Of a DNA stretch of 64,000 nt, positions 1 to 13,387 are shown piece by piece (the stretch's first letter is position 1; every line of letters begins with the position of its first letter). Position numbers and translations under genes: made by a program. Source of the stretch: Chrysomallon squamiferum (taxonomy: Eukaryota; Animalia; Mollusca); contig CM022673.1 in the NCBI GenBank assembly GCA_012295275.1, positions 23,746,001 to 23,810,000 of the forward strand, in the 5' to 3' direction. The notes below the pieces were generated by a model, which worked only from the letters and a program-made list of their open reading frames with translations, was not told where the DNA came from and did not search any database.

Positions 1-62
1 CACGCAAAGCCTGTGTGGAAAGACAAGTTATTAAGAGCAGTTAGAACAGTTAGACATCAAAA

Positions 63-270
63 ATCACTATATATTCTGATATAAAGATAACTATGTATTC
101 TGATATAAAGATCACTATGCATTCTGATATAAAGATCACTATATATTCTTATGTAAAGATCACTATAAATTCTGATGTAAATATCATTATATATTCTGAT
201 ATAAAGATTACTGTATATTCTGATGTAAAGATCACTATCGACTGTGATGTAAAAATCACTGTGTAGTATG
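63..270. repeat. 24-bp minisatellite (atcactatatattctgatataaag), about 8 copies
   Basis: Direct tandem periodicity; explains the IRIYSDLY repeat ORF 57..368(-). Confidence 0.9.
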
Positions 271-944
271 ATTTTAAAGATGTTAAAGAAATGATATAGC
301 AATCGATTTGTTTTGATTTGATTTAAGATACCACGCATAATTGCTTTGATCAAAAGCTTTGAAAACATGTTGAAATTAAAATGATTTATTGTGAAAGAAA
401 AAAAATTAATTTCTTTTTTCCAAAAACGTTAAGCTGAACTGAAAGCTGAGAAAATATTGCATTAACGGTTCTGATTCAGAAAGGGTTAAATTCCAGGGTT
501 TTTTTTACAAGTGAAAGGGTTAATTAAATTACGGTACTTTAGTTTTCACTGAGTGTCAATATTTCTTTCTGCAATCAGTAGCTTCCTCTGCTTATTAAAC
601 ACGACTTAGGATGTAGTGACTTTTACGTGACCTGACAGTAATACACATTTGACTGTACACAAACACTTTAGTCTGGTAAACTCTTCTAACAAGGCCATGA
701 ATGTGGTTATTCCGATAAATAGAGCTTTTAAATATAGCTTACACAGACACTACTTGTTTTGATATAATTACACAATTAAATATAGCTGTATACAGACAAT
801 ACTTGTTTTAGTACAATTATACAATGCACGCTCCTCATATTTGTGTTGTAGTTGCAGTTGTTTTGTTGTTGTTGTTTTTGTTGCTTTTGTTTGGTTGTTG
901 TTGTTTTTGTTGTAGTTGTTGTTATTTCTATTACCACTACTAAT

Positions 945-1405
945 TTTAGTTGCTCTGTGTTTTATTCCAAGTATTCTGTGTTTTATTTCAATTACAATGT
1001 GTTTAATTTCAATTACTCTCTGTTTTATTTCAGTTACTCTCTGTTTAATTTGAATTATTCTGTGTTTCAGTTACTCTGTGTCTAATTTCAGTTACTCTGT
1101 GTTTTATTTCAGTTACTCTGTGTTTTATTTCAGTTACTCTGTGTTTTATTTCAGTTACTCTGTGTCTTATTTTAGTTGCTCTGTGTTTTATTCCAATTAT
1201 TCTGTGTTTAATTCCAATTACTCAGTGTTTTATTTCAGTTATTCTGTGTTTTATTTCAGTTAGTCTGTTTTATTTCAATTACTCTGTGTTTTATTGCAGT
1301 TACTATGGTTTTTTAAATTTCAATTACTCTGTGTTTTAGTTTAGTTACACTGTTTTTATTTCAGTTAGTGCGTGTTTTATTTCAGTTTGAATGTGTTTTA
1401 TTTTA
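945..1405. repeat. 21-bp minisatellite (ttactctgtgttttatttcag), about 20 copies
   Basis: Direct tandem periodicity; the unit ends in a pyrimidine-rich tract plus TTTCAG. Confidence 0.9.
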
Positions 1406-1764
1406 ATTTTTCTATTTATTTAACGAGTCGTTTAGCTTCTGTTACTGAACATAAAGTTTAAAGTGTTTTATTGTGTGTCTGTGCACAGTGTGAGATCATT
1501 CAATCGATTTTTGCTGGCAATCTTCTGGTGGTCATCTCATATATTTTCATTGTTTTGAATTATCACACTAATCTGTGTTGAATTCTTTCTCTGTAGAGGC
1601 AATGCAATTTCTCATTTAACTTACATCAATAAAGTACGTGAATTTATCGTATGACTGATTTTCACAACGTTTTATAAAAATACATTTTTTTTTTTTTTTT
1701 TTTGTCCTGATGTAGCACAATTTAATCTTAATTATTACAGGTTCTTTGCAAAATTTAATTTTTC

Positions 1765-1889
<125 letters not shown>

Positions 1890-1939
1890 TAATGTTCATT
1901 TAAAGAATCTGTATAAATTGATTTTTTTTTTTTTTCCAG

Positions 1940-2085
1940 ATATTACAAACTGTTTCTGCAGACTGACCACCCGTGTGTGTTTTCAGATATCAACACAAAG
2001 CTTCTTGTAATAGGAATTTATTTTCTGGTAGCTGCCATTCTGTGTAACCCACTCTATGGGTGGGGTGAGTTCTCTCAGTACAAGG
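1940..2085 (+). CDS. GPCR exon: ICL2, TM4 and start of ECL2
   Basis: T-tract-ccag acceptor, G|gtaagt donor, open frame YYKLFLQTDHPCVFSDINTKLLVIGIYFLVAAILCNPLYGWGEFSQYK. Confidence 0.75.
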
Positions 2086-2325
2086 GTAAGTCCTGAATTA
2101 CACATGTATTTTACAATCTGCTTAAATTATCATTTGTTCCACGTTCACTGGGGTTGTAAATCTATTTTTGGTGTTAAATTTAAAGCGTGGGTGAGTAATT
2201 TACATGGACGGTTGAACTACAACACAGTCTCAAATTGCGTGTTAATTTGTACTGCAAATGGGAGGAAAGAAGATAATTATTGTAGTGTCTTTTACTTTAT
2301 AGTTCGATGTAATAATACATATTAA

Positions 2326-2368
<43 letters not shown>

Positions 2369-4732
2369 TTTTAAAGCATCATAATTTCTCAATTTATAAG
2401 TGAGAAAACTGCGTTCATTTTAGCGTAGTCTAAAAGAAATAATTACATGTCATCGTATTTCTCAAACAAAAAGTCAGATTAATAACATATTTGATGTGAT
2501 GTAAAACTCATTCCACCGGACAGATCTGGTTTCACTCTGAAATGAGCCATGTGTTGAAATTAATCATAAATAACCACAAACGACACACAGTTATAAACGA
2601 ATGAATCATCTCATCTCACCTTCTTCTTCTTCTTCTTCTTCTTCATCTTCGTTAATTATTAACAAGACAGTCTAGAATGTCAGTAACGTTCTTATTCTAG
2701 TTAATTATGTATAAAACAGTGATAGCGTAAACAAGTAATGTCTAAAGTAGAAATGTGTGTGGTAAAAGTACAGAACATTTGTCTCGTTAATTCTTAATTA
2801 GAAATGGTTAGACTCAGCGCGTGCACCCTGGAGGCGAGTCTCAAACAGAAAAATTACAAGTGTCATCGGTGCCTGCAGGTCACAGTTAGTCGTCTGTGTG
2901 TCTGTTTGTTTCCAACGAATTCATTTCACAGTAAATTTCTTCATTTTTTAAATTTAAATAATCCCCCGTCACCGGCATTACCCCTTCTGTTAACTGTCTA
3001 ATCAAAATGGCGTCCGATAATGTGTAATTAGTTGTCTTCCAAACTGCAACATCGTCTTACTGTTTGGTGTGAAAACGAACATTTGGTATCTGTTTAGGTA
3101 TTATGTATTATGCATAGACTTGAAAGCGTTATGGATGTTTTAAAATAGTTAATAACGATTTTTCGCTTCTATGACGTTATATTTAGAGTAGTGTTAAAAA
3201 TGTATGTTAAATTTGTTTAAAATATATATATCTAACCGTGCACTGGTTATTTTCGTTACTTAAAACAAGAGCTGTTTGAATTATAGTTAATAACAGAAAC
3301 ACAATACTCTTGCGTAATATCTTTGTTACGTAGAGATAATTATTATGTGAATAGCACTGACATAATATTTGTGTAATTTAAACATACGTGATATTGTTAT
3401 CTGAATAATATAAAACGTGTTATTACTGCTTATGTGACAGATTCAAAATGACTAAAGTTGACGAAATTCATTTCGTTTCTTATAATGGAGACAAAATGCT
3501 TAGAATCTTTAATATTTTAAAAAGTTTATACGTTCAAATGTCAACACTTTGTTTATTCAGTAAATAAAAACAACATGAATATTATCAACGAAAATCAATA
3601 ACAAATAACTAAAACTGAAAAAAAAAAAATTAATTTAAATTTGTTTCATGTTTTTTGTTGTTTTTAAAGAGATAATAAATATGACTTTTGTCATTGTTTG
3701 AATGGTGATGGTGATGATAATAATAATAATAAATCTGTTGGATTAAATTCAGTCATTTAAATTATTGTCGTCACTGTATTATATTTACCTTATTGCTTCT
3801 ACTACTAATAATACGACAAAATAAAATAAAAGTGGATGTGTTACGGTAGACATGTATATGGAATCAGGAGATAGGTACAGTATAATATATTAAAATGAAG
3901 TTAACCAAATAAATGTATTTATTTTATACACAACAGTAATAATGTAATGTATGTACTAAGCTCGCTCATGCTAAAGAACTGACAAATCTTATTAGCCTTG
4001 TCAAAACACAGATAACGAAGTTAATGGAATACAATCGTGATCAATGAAAGTAATGTCTTCTGTTCCTGTGTGCATTCGAGCTTTTCCCTTTTGTAGTAAT
4101 CAATGACATGCATCTGTGAGTTTTAGACAAATTTAATTTTTTATACTGAACGTTTAATTAAAATTCTGATTATAGTTACTGATGTAGAGTTTTAAAAACA
4201 CCAGAGACTGAATTCATTGATTTCATTTTTTTTCTTCAACAGAATATATCACATAGATTTAAAATGTCATTTCAATATATATTATAAAGTATATAGCCTT
4301 TCAGAGGTATAAAAATAAATTATCATGCATATGTGCAACAATTAGTATGATTTATTATAAAACAGCTTTGTCACAAACGAGTGCATTTCAGAAAGGTCCT
4401 TAAAAATTAAGATTTCATAAAAATGACAATTGTGCGTAAGCGGCATGAGAAAAATTAAATATCAAAAAAAAAATCTAAACTTTGGAGCTATCTATCTGGC
4501 TGACAACTTTAAATTTTTTATCACTGAAATTAGAATGAAAAGATCTACAGCTGTAATTTGGAATCAACCTTTTTATTTCCACATAGAAAGTCACTTTGGA
4601 GTACCTATTCAATGTGTGAAACTATATGGGTAGATAATATTAAATGCTGTGTTTGTTTTTTTATGTAAAATACTTCTTAATTGGTAATTTGAGTGTATTA
4701 TATACTTTGTGTTTTACACACACACACACAAA

Positions 4733-4778
<46 letters not shown>

Positions 4779-6987
4779 TGTATGCGTGTTTGTATGTATT
4801 ATCATTGATTTTCATGCTATCGGCATGAAGCTAATACAGTATTGGGATTATTTAACTGGATATAAATATGATATTTGTAATACAGGTTTACCTATAATTT
4901 TGCGGACATTAATGGTCCGGCACCATTGTTATTTTTAATTTATTAATTTTTTATTTTACTTTTTTTAATTCGTTTTTTTTTTTTTTTTTTTTTTTTATTG
5001 TTACAATTCTATTTCCGAATCATATCATAGTTTTCATCACCCTGACATTTCACTTCTTAAATATTTTATTCTGGAAAAAAAAAAAAAAAAAAAATTTTTG
5101 TTTACTTGAATGACATTTGGATTTTTTAATTGTTTTTTTTTTATTATTATTTTTTTTATTTATTCATTTTTTAAGACATATTTTAAATGTTAACAGGACA
5201 TTGATCAATCACGTAACATTTAGCAAGATCAATGACGTCAGACACTAATACCACTCGTGATAAGCTACTGTGAATGAAACAAACAAAATGAAGTCTCCTG
5301 TTAAAATTCATATAACCAGAGACTATTTTTAGGATTTTTTAATAAAAATTTTGTCACGCTATATACATGATCTGCCATGAGCGGCATCTATTCATAGAAA
5401 ACTGCCCGCTTAAAAACACACAAATCAAATACAAGTGAAATTTTACACGTTTTATTGCTTCAAGTTGTAATGAAAAGCATTTGAAGTATTTTTTATTGAA
5501 AGCATAAAAGCAAAAGAGAAGACTACGATAAAGAAACATTAATGTCTTGTAAACTTGCTAATAAAGGAAAACCACGTTTTAATTTTAATATAGAACTTTC
5601 TATGTTTTTAAAATATTATGGAAAAATTTAACTCGTCTCATAACAGGGCCCATTTCATTTTATTTTGTTGGTTTTTTTTTAATGTTAGGATTATAATAAT
5701 GATGCCGATTACTAATACAACTACTACAGCAACAACAATTTTACATACTACTACTGCTATTACTAAACGTACAACTACTAGTACTACTACAATTATTATT
5801 ATTATTATTATTATTATTTGCTTTTCATTTCAGGTTATTTTCACTTCACAGTTTTGCTTACTCAGAGACCAAGTCAGCTGTCAGACACACACATCTTCAA
5901 CTCCAGTTTTATAGAAAGCGTGACGTCACAGGGACAAGTCTCTGTCATAGAGAACATGACGTCACGAGGCTACGTCACTGTTACAGAGAACACCACAGAG
6001 TGTCAGCCCATCACCGACAGCAGACTTCAGTTAACTTCACAAATCAACTTCACTGACTTCATCGAAATTATTACAATGGGACTGAAAAACACATTCAGTT
6101 TTGAAACACGCGTTTCAGCGGTCGACCCTAATAAAATAACGTTTTTACTACGAGCAGACGACAGACAAAATCTTAAGGATTTTTTGATAAGTATCTCTGA
6201 CGGAAGTGTCAGCCGGAAGTTGGTGTCGTATCTGTTCAAATCATGTGACTGCGCCTATTTCCAATGTGCAGGGTTTCAGCATCGATCCCATAGAAGTGGC
6301 GCACTACCAAGAAATTTACATGGCTTTTCAAGGTAACATTTATTCACAAAATTAATATTATAAATTTATTAGTCGTCAGTTTTGTTTCTTTGATTATATG
6401 CACGAATGTCCGTGTGAAAGTATCTATATGTGTACCTGTTCGATTCTACATTGCTAACTCTTATTTTAATTTTTATATTATTAGATCCTATGGTATGTAC
6501 AGTGGACTTCACGTCAGCAAACAAATACAGCGGATATTTCGTAATACTCTTTGTGACGACGATGTCGGTGTTGCCGTACTGTTCTATCGTGCTGTTGGCC
6601 GTGGTGAGTATGTTTCGCTGCTGCCTCGGCTCTGTGGACGTGACGTCAGACGAATGGTCTAAGAGTAAAAAAGTTTTCATCGGAGGAATTCTCAGCGTCT
6701 TGTTTTGTGTTCCCTATTTCGTCTTTAATGTTCTCAATTTAAAGGGTTGGTCCGTGTCGCTGCACTGGCACACGACAATTCTTGTCCTGCTGTACACCAG
6801 CAGTCTGATTCCCAGTGTGGTCAGCTTTGACTTAAAGTGTATTGGTTACCTCAGCGAATTCTCGCCTTCTCCATCCCGCAAAACGGTGTATTTAAACAAT
6901 GTGGACTTCGAGTTAATGCAGACGCCTTTAACTGACACTGAGAAACTTGATCCTGTCCGCGGAAACATTTTGAACAATACAAATTAA
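1940..6987 (+). CDS. Opsin-like class A GPCR, 3' part (end of TM3 to C-terminus); 5' exons not found in the window
   Basis: Exons 1940-2085, (5834-6332) and 6485-6987. The direct join of 2085 to 6485 reads (R)YYKLF...PLYGWGEFSQYKDPMVCTVDF...LPY...FCVPY...LLYTSSLIPSVV, giving a DRY-like end of TM3, opsin-type GWG-x10-C-x2-D ECL2 and hydrophobic TM4-TM7. Confidence 0.7.
5834..6332 (+). CDS. GPCR extra exon inserted in ECL2 (499 nt, apparent +1 frameshift)
   Basis: ttttcatttcag acceptor in phase 1, aag|gtaaca donor, protein-like open frame with several N-x-S/T sequons; length is 1 nt over a multiple of 3. Confidence 0.55.
6485..6987 (+). CDS. GPCR last exon: ECL2 Cys, TM5-TM7 and C-tail
   Basis: tattag acceptor in phase 1; part of ORF 6430..6987; three hydrophobic helices with TM5 Pro and TM6 xxPY. 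Confidence 0.75.
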
Positions 6988-8099
6988 TAATTTTAATTAA
7001 AACTGAGAAGATGGATGGTTTACTCACGTGAGATACACCACGTGAGATTTGTTATATACGTTTACAAATATATATAAAATAATTTTTAGTCTCATTCTGT
7101 TGTGTGTTTTGTTCAAGTGTGTTTTAGTGACTAGTTTAAGGGTTAGAAAACTGATAGTTAAAACTGTTTTCAGTATCACTCCGAAAAACTGTTTTTTTTT
7201 TTTTTAACAAATCTACGTGGAACTAGTCTACAGTCATGCAGAACAAATCTAATCATATAGAACTAATCTAGGAGGCATATAGAACAGATCTATTCATATG
7301 GATCAAATCTAAAGGCAGATAAAACAAGTCACACAGAATGAATCTTGTGAGCTGGAACAAATCTATCCATGTAGAACAATTTTAAAATCAGATATAAAAC
7401 AAATCTTGTCACGTAAAACAATTTATTCACGTGCAACAGTTACACAGTTCTAAAGTAATGCCCAGAGGGGGAGGGGACACTAGGGCTGGGTATCATATAT
7501 CACTGTGCTGATTATTTGTTTGAGGTTTCCAGTTTGTGTTGTATTAAACTGCTGAACGTCTAAAGTTTTGGGACCATCACAAGCGGCTCTGCTCCTAAAT
7601 CCCGGTGGATTCCTAGAAATGAAAAATCGTAAATAACGAGATGACAAAACGAAAATGTTGCAGTAAATGAAAACACGTAACGAAGCATTAAATATAATTC
7701 CAGAGTTTAATTTGTAATATCAAACCATACATTCTGTGGTGCCTATTTTGGTCTGGATTGTAATTCATTTTGTCTGTCTTTTTTGTATTTTTTTTGTTCA
7801 AATTATTTTCAATCGATTTTAATATTTCGCTTGGTATTTTTCCGGTCTAGAGTTGTGTATTGTGTACACATGTGTAGACAATCAGAAAAATATTATATTT
7901 ACCACTACAGAACTAATCTATCTTCTCTTTGCCAACTTTTTCTCGATCAAATGACAGAACTAAAATCATTAGTTTGGCTGAATCAAATGACAAGAAATAC
8001 TGAATGTTTCGATTTAAATTATTTTATTTTTATTATTTTTGTTTTTATGTTGATGGGTTCTTGTCCTTTCTTATTTCTCTTTTAATATCTGGTTTAGAG

Positions 8100-8236
<137 letters not shown>

Positions 8237-8403
8237 GAACAACATATTTAACAAATCCTGTATTTCATTCTTATCGGCAAGTGTACACATAAATATTCCA
8301 TATCACACTAATTAAAGAGGTAAATAGATGTATACGGACTTGAGGATAGATATACAGAGTTTTATACAGACATGTATATACAGATTTATACAGACATACA
8401 ATG

Positions 8404-8450
<47 letters not shown>

Positions 8451-9093
8451 TGTATGTATGTGTCTCTATATATATATATATATATAAAGAGAGACAGCTT
8501 TATACAAATATAAATACGTACACAGAATTACTAATGTGTGTGTATGTGTGTATGTGTGTGTGTATACAGATATACAGATGTACACAGACAGACATTTAAA
8601 TGTATGCAGATACTAGACATTCAAATGTGTACAGACATACAGACTGATACACTTGTACACGAATATAATGTTTACGTATAGATGTATACAGATGTAAACA
8701 GGTACTCCAATTTGTACTCCAGACGTCTGACATTACGTAGGTTTAAAGAAGCAAAACAGTAAGAAAAGTAAATCACAAACAAGTAAATAATGTCAAACAA
8801 ACAAAAAATGGCTGCTCAGTCTGAATGGATTTTTCTCTATGTTACTTTAAATTGATCTCAATAAGGGGAAATAATTTTGAAACCTTTCATGAACGTTGAG
8901 TAATAATTTACATTATAATAATTAACTTCTTCTTCTTTTTGTTTCTTTTCTTACGTCTTCTTTATTTTCGATTATTATTATTTTTTTAAATATAAACATT
9001 AAAACATAATATTATTAAAATAAAAATAAAAACAACATATTAATCAGGTTGAAATAAAGGCTAATAATAATGGTAGTAGTAGTAGTTGTAGTT

Positions 9094-9141
<48 letters not shown>

Positions 9142-9277
9142 ATAATGATAACAACAAATAAATAAATAAAAATCAAGATTGTTTTAAGAAATCGAAATTA
9201 TTTCTTGTCAGTAAATTATTATTATTATTATTATTATTATTTTAATAACATTTAATTGCATAAAATTGCTCTTAATA

Positions 9278-9310
<33 letters not shown>

Positions 9311-10139
9311 GTGTGTGTGTGTGTGCACATTTAATTGGTGTGTTTATAAAAAGATATAATTAAAATTATAATTAATTTTATGAATTTTACTAAACTGGAA
9401 GTATAAATAACCATTAAAGAATCTGAGGAAGCCTTATATTTTTAATGATATTCTGAAGCTGAATTAAATTTGTTTTTCAGGGTAGATTTCAAAATGAGAT
9501 GTTTGCATCTTCGGGTATGCATCTGTCACACATGGCTGGACACAACGTGCTCTCTTCTGCTGTTGTCATGACATCAGACATATTGATTGATGACCAAATA
9601 GACGTTACTCAACCGGAAGTGAAAAAATTGAATTATGGGATAGTGATGCTATCAGGGCGTTTGCATGCAACAGTGTCATTCAGTGAAATTAATTTCTGTA
9701 AAATTAGATTTCATGCTAAAAAAATATTTAAAAAAAAAAAGAAAAAAAAAGAAAAGAAAGAAAAAGGAACAAAAGAAAACCTGCTCCAGTAAAAAAAAAA
9801 AACTAAAATAAATGAGAGATAGAAATACTGGGAGACGTACTAAATACTCATGCTCAAATACATATTTGATTTCACCAACACTAACACAAATATAATTATA
9901 TAATAAGCTTAACACACACAATAAGAAACAGCAAAAACACACGTACATATCTGAAAAAAAAAAATATATATATATACACACATATATATATTCACACAAA
10001 AGCTCATTTAAATATATACATAATATACATACACATATACATTCACAAACACTCATAAATATATATACATACACATACAAATACATTCACAGACACTCAT
10101 ATAAATATATATACATATGCATACATATACATTCACACA

Positions 10140-10175
<36 letters not shown>

Positions 10176-10481
10176 CACAAACATCCGGACACACAAGCAC
10201 AGACACTTTTATCCCTATCATGTTCTGTCTGCTACATGGCGACAGTGCAATAAGAACAGATCTGCAAAGCTTACTGTTACAAAGGTGTGTCCTTAAAATC
10301 CTAGCGTCTCATTAAAACGTGACCTGTTTTCGATTATCACTCGCAAGTTACTGATAGCTTCAAAATAGGTGATCTTTCAAAAAATATTTCTTTAATGATT
10401 TTGTTGGTGGTTTTTAGGGAAGGAACGCTTTTTTTTTTTGGAAGGGGGAGTGTTGTTTGTTTCTTCAATGGTGTTTTTGTT

Positions 10482-10580
<99 letters not shown>

Positions 10581-11092
10581 AAATAATCAGATATAATTAA
10601 TTCTACGTGTATATATAGCAGAAAAACTAATTATGTCTTGTAATTTGAGATTTTTCACTCTCGTAAATTCCCTTCATTATTGAAAAAGAGATGAGACCAC
10701 GAACAAAGGGAGACAAGCAACGACTGGCTGAACTCTTCACTAATGAAGTCATTAACAGGTGGCTATTTGTACACTGAACATGCGCAGAGAAGTCAGTTTC
10801 ACTTTTATTACAGATTGATTTCATTTTTACTTTCTCCATCCTAATTATAAACACCGAGTTATCTTCTTCGTGACATCTCTTATTTCTTAAATAAGGAATA
10901 ATCACGAAAAAGGTCACGTGACTTCATTAAAATTTTGGCGTAAATCTAAATATATCTTTCTTTCAGTTATAGTAATAGTACTACTACTACTACTACTACT
11001 ACTACAACTACTACTACTACTACTAGTAGTAGTAGTAGTAGTAGTAGTGGTAGTAATACTAGTAGTAGTAACATGTGGTAATAGTCGTATTG

Positions 11093-11131
<39 letters not shown>

Positions 11132-12290
11132 GCAGTATTATTAGTAATAGTAGTAGTACTAGTGGTGGTGGTGGTGGTAGTTGTGGTAGTAGTAATAGTA
11201 GCAGTAGAAGGTGTAGAAGTTAAGAGTACAATCCTATATAAAAATTAAACGTTGAAAATCCTGTGTTATAAATAGTTGTAATAACGAAACCATTGGTAAC
11301 GACTGACCGCTCCTTGACACTCCCCCCACTATTTTTAATATTCCTTTACTATTTATAGCAGCAGGAAAATTCCTTTTAGATTCCAAACGTCAGCGAGTTA
11401 TTCAGAATAAAATAGTTGTGGTACTGAGTTGGATTTCAACACCTTGTAAATCTAGATGTTTTTAATATCTGTTTACAGCTGTAATAAAAAGGAAGGGTTA
11501 CTTAGAAACGTAATATACACCCCACAGTTATTTCAACTACTCAAGTGGAAGCGTAGAGAAAATAAAATATTTAATAAAAGAAAACACATACTACAGTATC
11601 TTAATACGTTTAAAATCAGCGTTTAAAATAGTTTTAATACATGTATGTATGTTTGTATGGATAAAACAACGAGTGTGTATTACGAATGTAGGTAGTTAAG
11701 TATATGTACGTATGTATGTATGTTTGTATGTATATGTGTATATATATGTGTGTGTGTGTGTGTGTATGTATATGTATGTGTGTGTATGTATATGTATGTG
11801 TGTGTATGAGTGTGTGTGTATGTGAGTGTGTGTGTATGGGTGTGCATGCACGTGTATGATGTGTGTGTCTATTTATGTCGTGTATAGGTTCATGAGTTTG
11901 TCTGTGTTTATGTATTTGTATGTTACGTGATTGTGTTAAATGAGTGTTTGTATGTGTTGTGTGTCAGCATGTTTTATAGTGTGCTGTTTGATGAAACGGC
12001 GTGTATGATGATAAGAGAGATAACTAAAATACGACGGATGAACACCCTGACAGAGCATACATTAACGCATTTATCTAGGGTGGAGCCACTGCATAGTGCA
12101 TATATATCCAATCACTTTACAAAGATATTTTCTAAACTCATCTCTGCTTTCTCACATTTTTGTGTATAGCACACACAGTAGATACATTTGGTATAATGTT
12201 GATTTAATTTTCAGAGGTGTTTGCTTACATCCGAGTTTAGCCACCCCAATAAATCGTCTCTTTTAATTTTTTTATTATTTTAATATTTCG

Positions 12291-12338
<48 letters not shown>

Positions 12339-12607
12339 CATATTTACGTTTGTATGTGTATGTCTAGAAACAGAAAGGGATACGACACGCTTTAAATATG
12401 CGATGACCTTGTCCAGGTAGTTGTTGTTTGTTTGTTTTTGGTGAGAACAGTAAGCCCACTGTCAGGTAAAATCATATAATACTCTAAACACAAAGAAACG
12501 TGAGAGAGACAGTACAAAGAATGACACACAAACAAAACACGACGCATGCTTCAACAATAAACCAATTTATGAGCCACAGTACACAGAGACGCTCTCTAGA
12601 CAGGGTG

Positions 12608-12644
<37 letters not shown>

Positions 12645-13277
12645 CTCTTATTCCTCTGGATTGGTAACCATGGTAGCCCAATTGGTGTGATTATTTTCAA
12701 ACCAAACACATTTTATTAGACTGCTAAAGAATATGAGCTCCTTTTATACCAAGGTTTTATCTTAACAACCAGCAGAAGATAAACTGAGAATATTTGAACC
12801 AATTTCAAAACTGTCTTTACAAACAACCACATACACACGTAGTAGCTGAAGTAATAAAAGTAGCAGTGGTATACAAATACACAAGGATATTTTACAACAA
12901 AATACATCCATGTTGACCGCACACGGTACAAAGATAAAAAATACCTGCGACCTTTCCAAGTCTCTTTTCATTACACTTGTGTCATCTAAACATTTATTTA
13001 CTCTTGTCACATTGTTCACTTACAATGGGTTTATTTTCAGTTAAATAGATATTATTGTATTTATCACATACATGCATCTGACGCGTCTTATAGCTAAAGC
13101 CGTCTGTTTGGTGAAAACAAGAACTGGTTTTTCTGCTTTGTAGTGTAGTTTTAGAATCAAGGGACGCTCAGACACAGTCACTGGCCTTTGATAACATGTC
13201 TCTTTATCTCGCTTTGTAATGTTTTATTAAACAGTTAATCAATCTTATTACATTGTATGCATGTAATTTTGTAACTT

Positions 13278-13387
<110 letters not shown>

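Noticed and set aside
57-1263. ORFs 57..368(-), 852..1085 and 1078..1263 with repeating peptides
   Set aside because: Translations of the 24-bp and 21-bp minisatellites; no independent coding support
1489-1633. Possible upstream receptor exon (GNLLVV in one frame, IITLICVE in another)
   Set aside because: Each frame has a stop, and the available donor phase does not match the phase-2 acceptor at 1940
6027-6680. ORFs 6027..6239(-), 6369..6680(-) and 6390..6662(+)
   Set aside because: Antisense or off-frame shadows of the receptor exons
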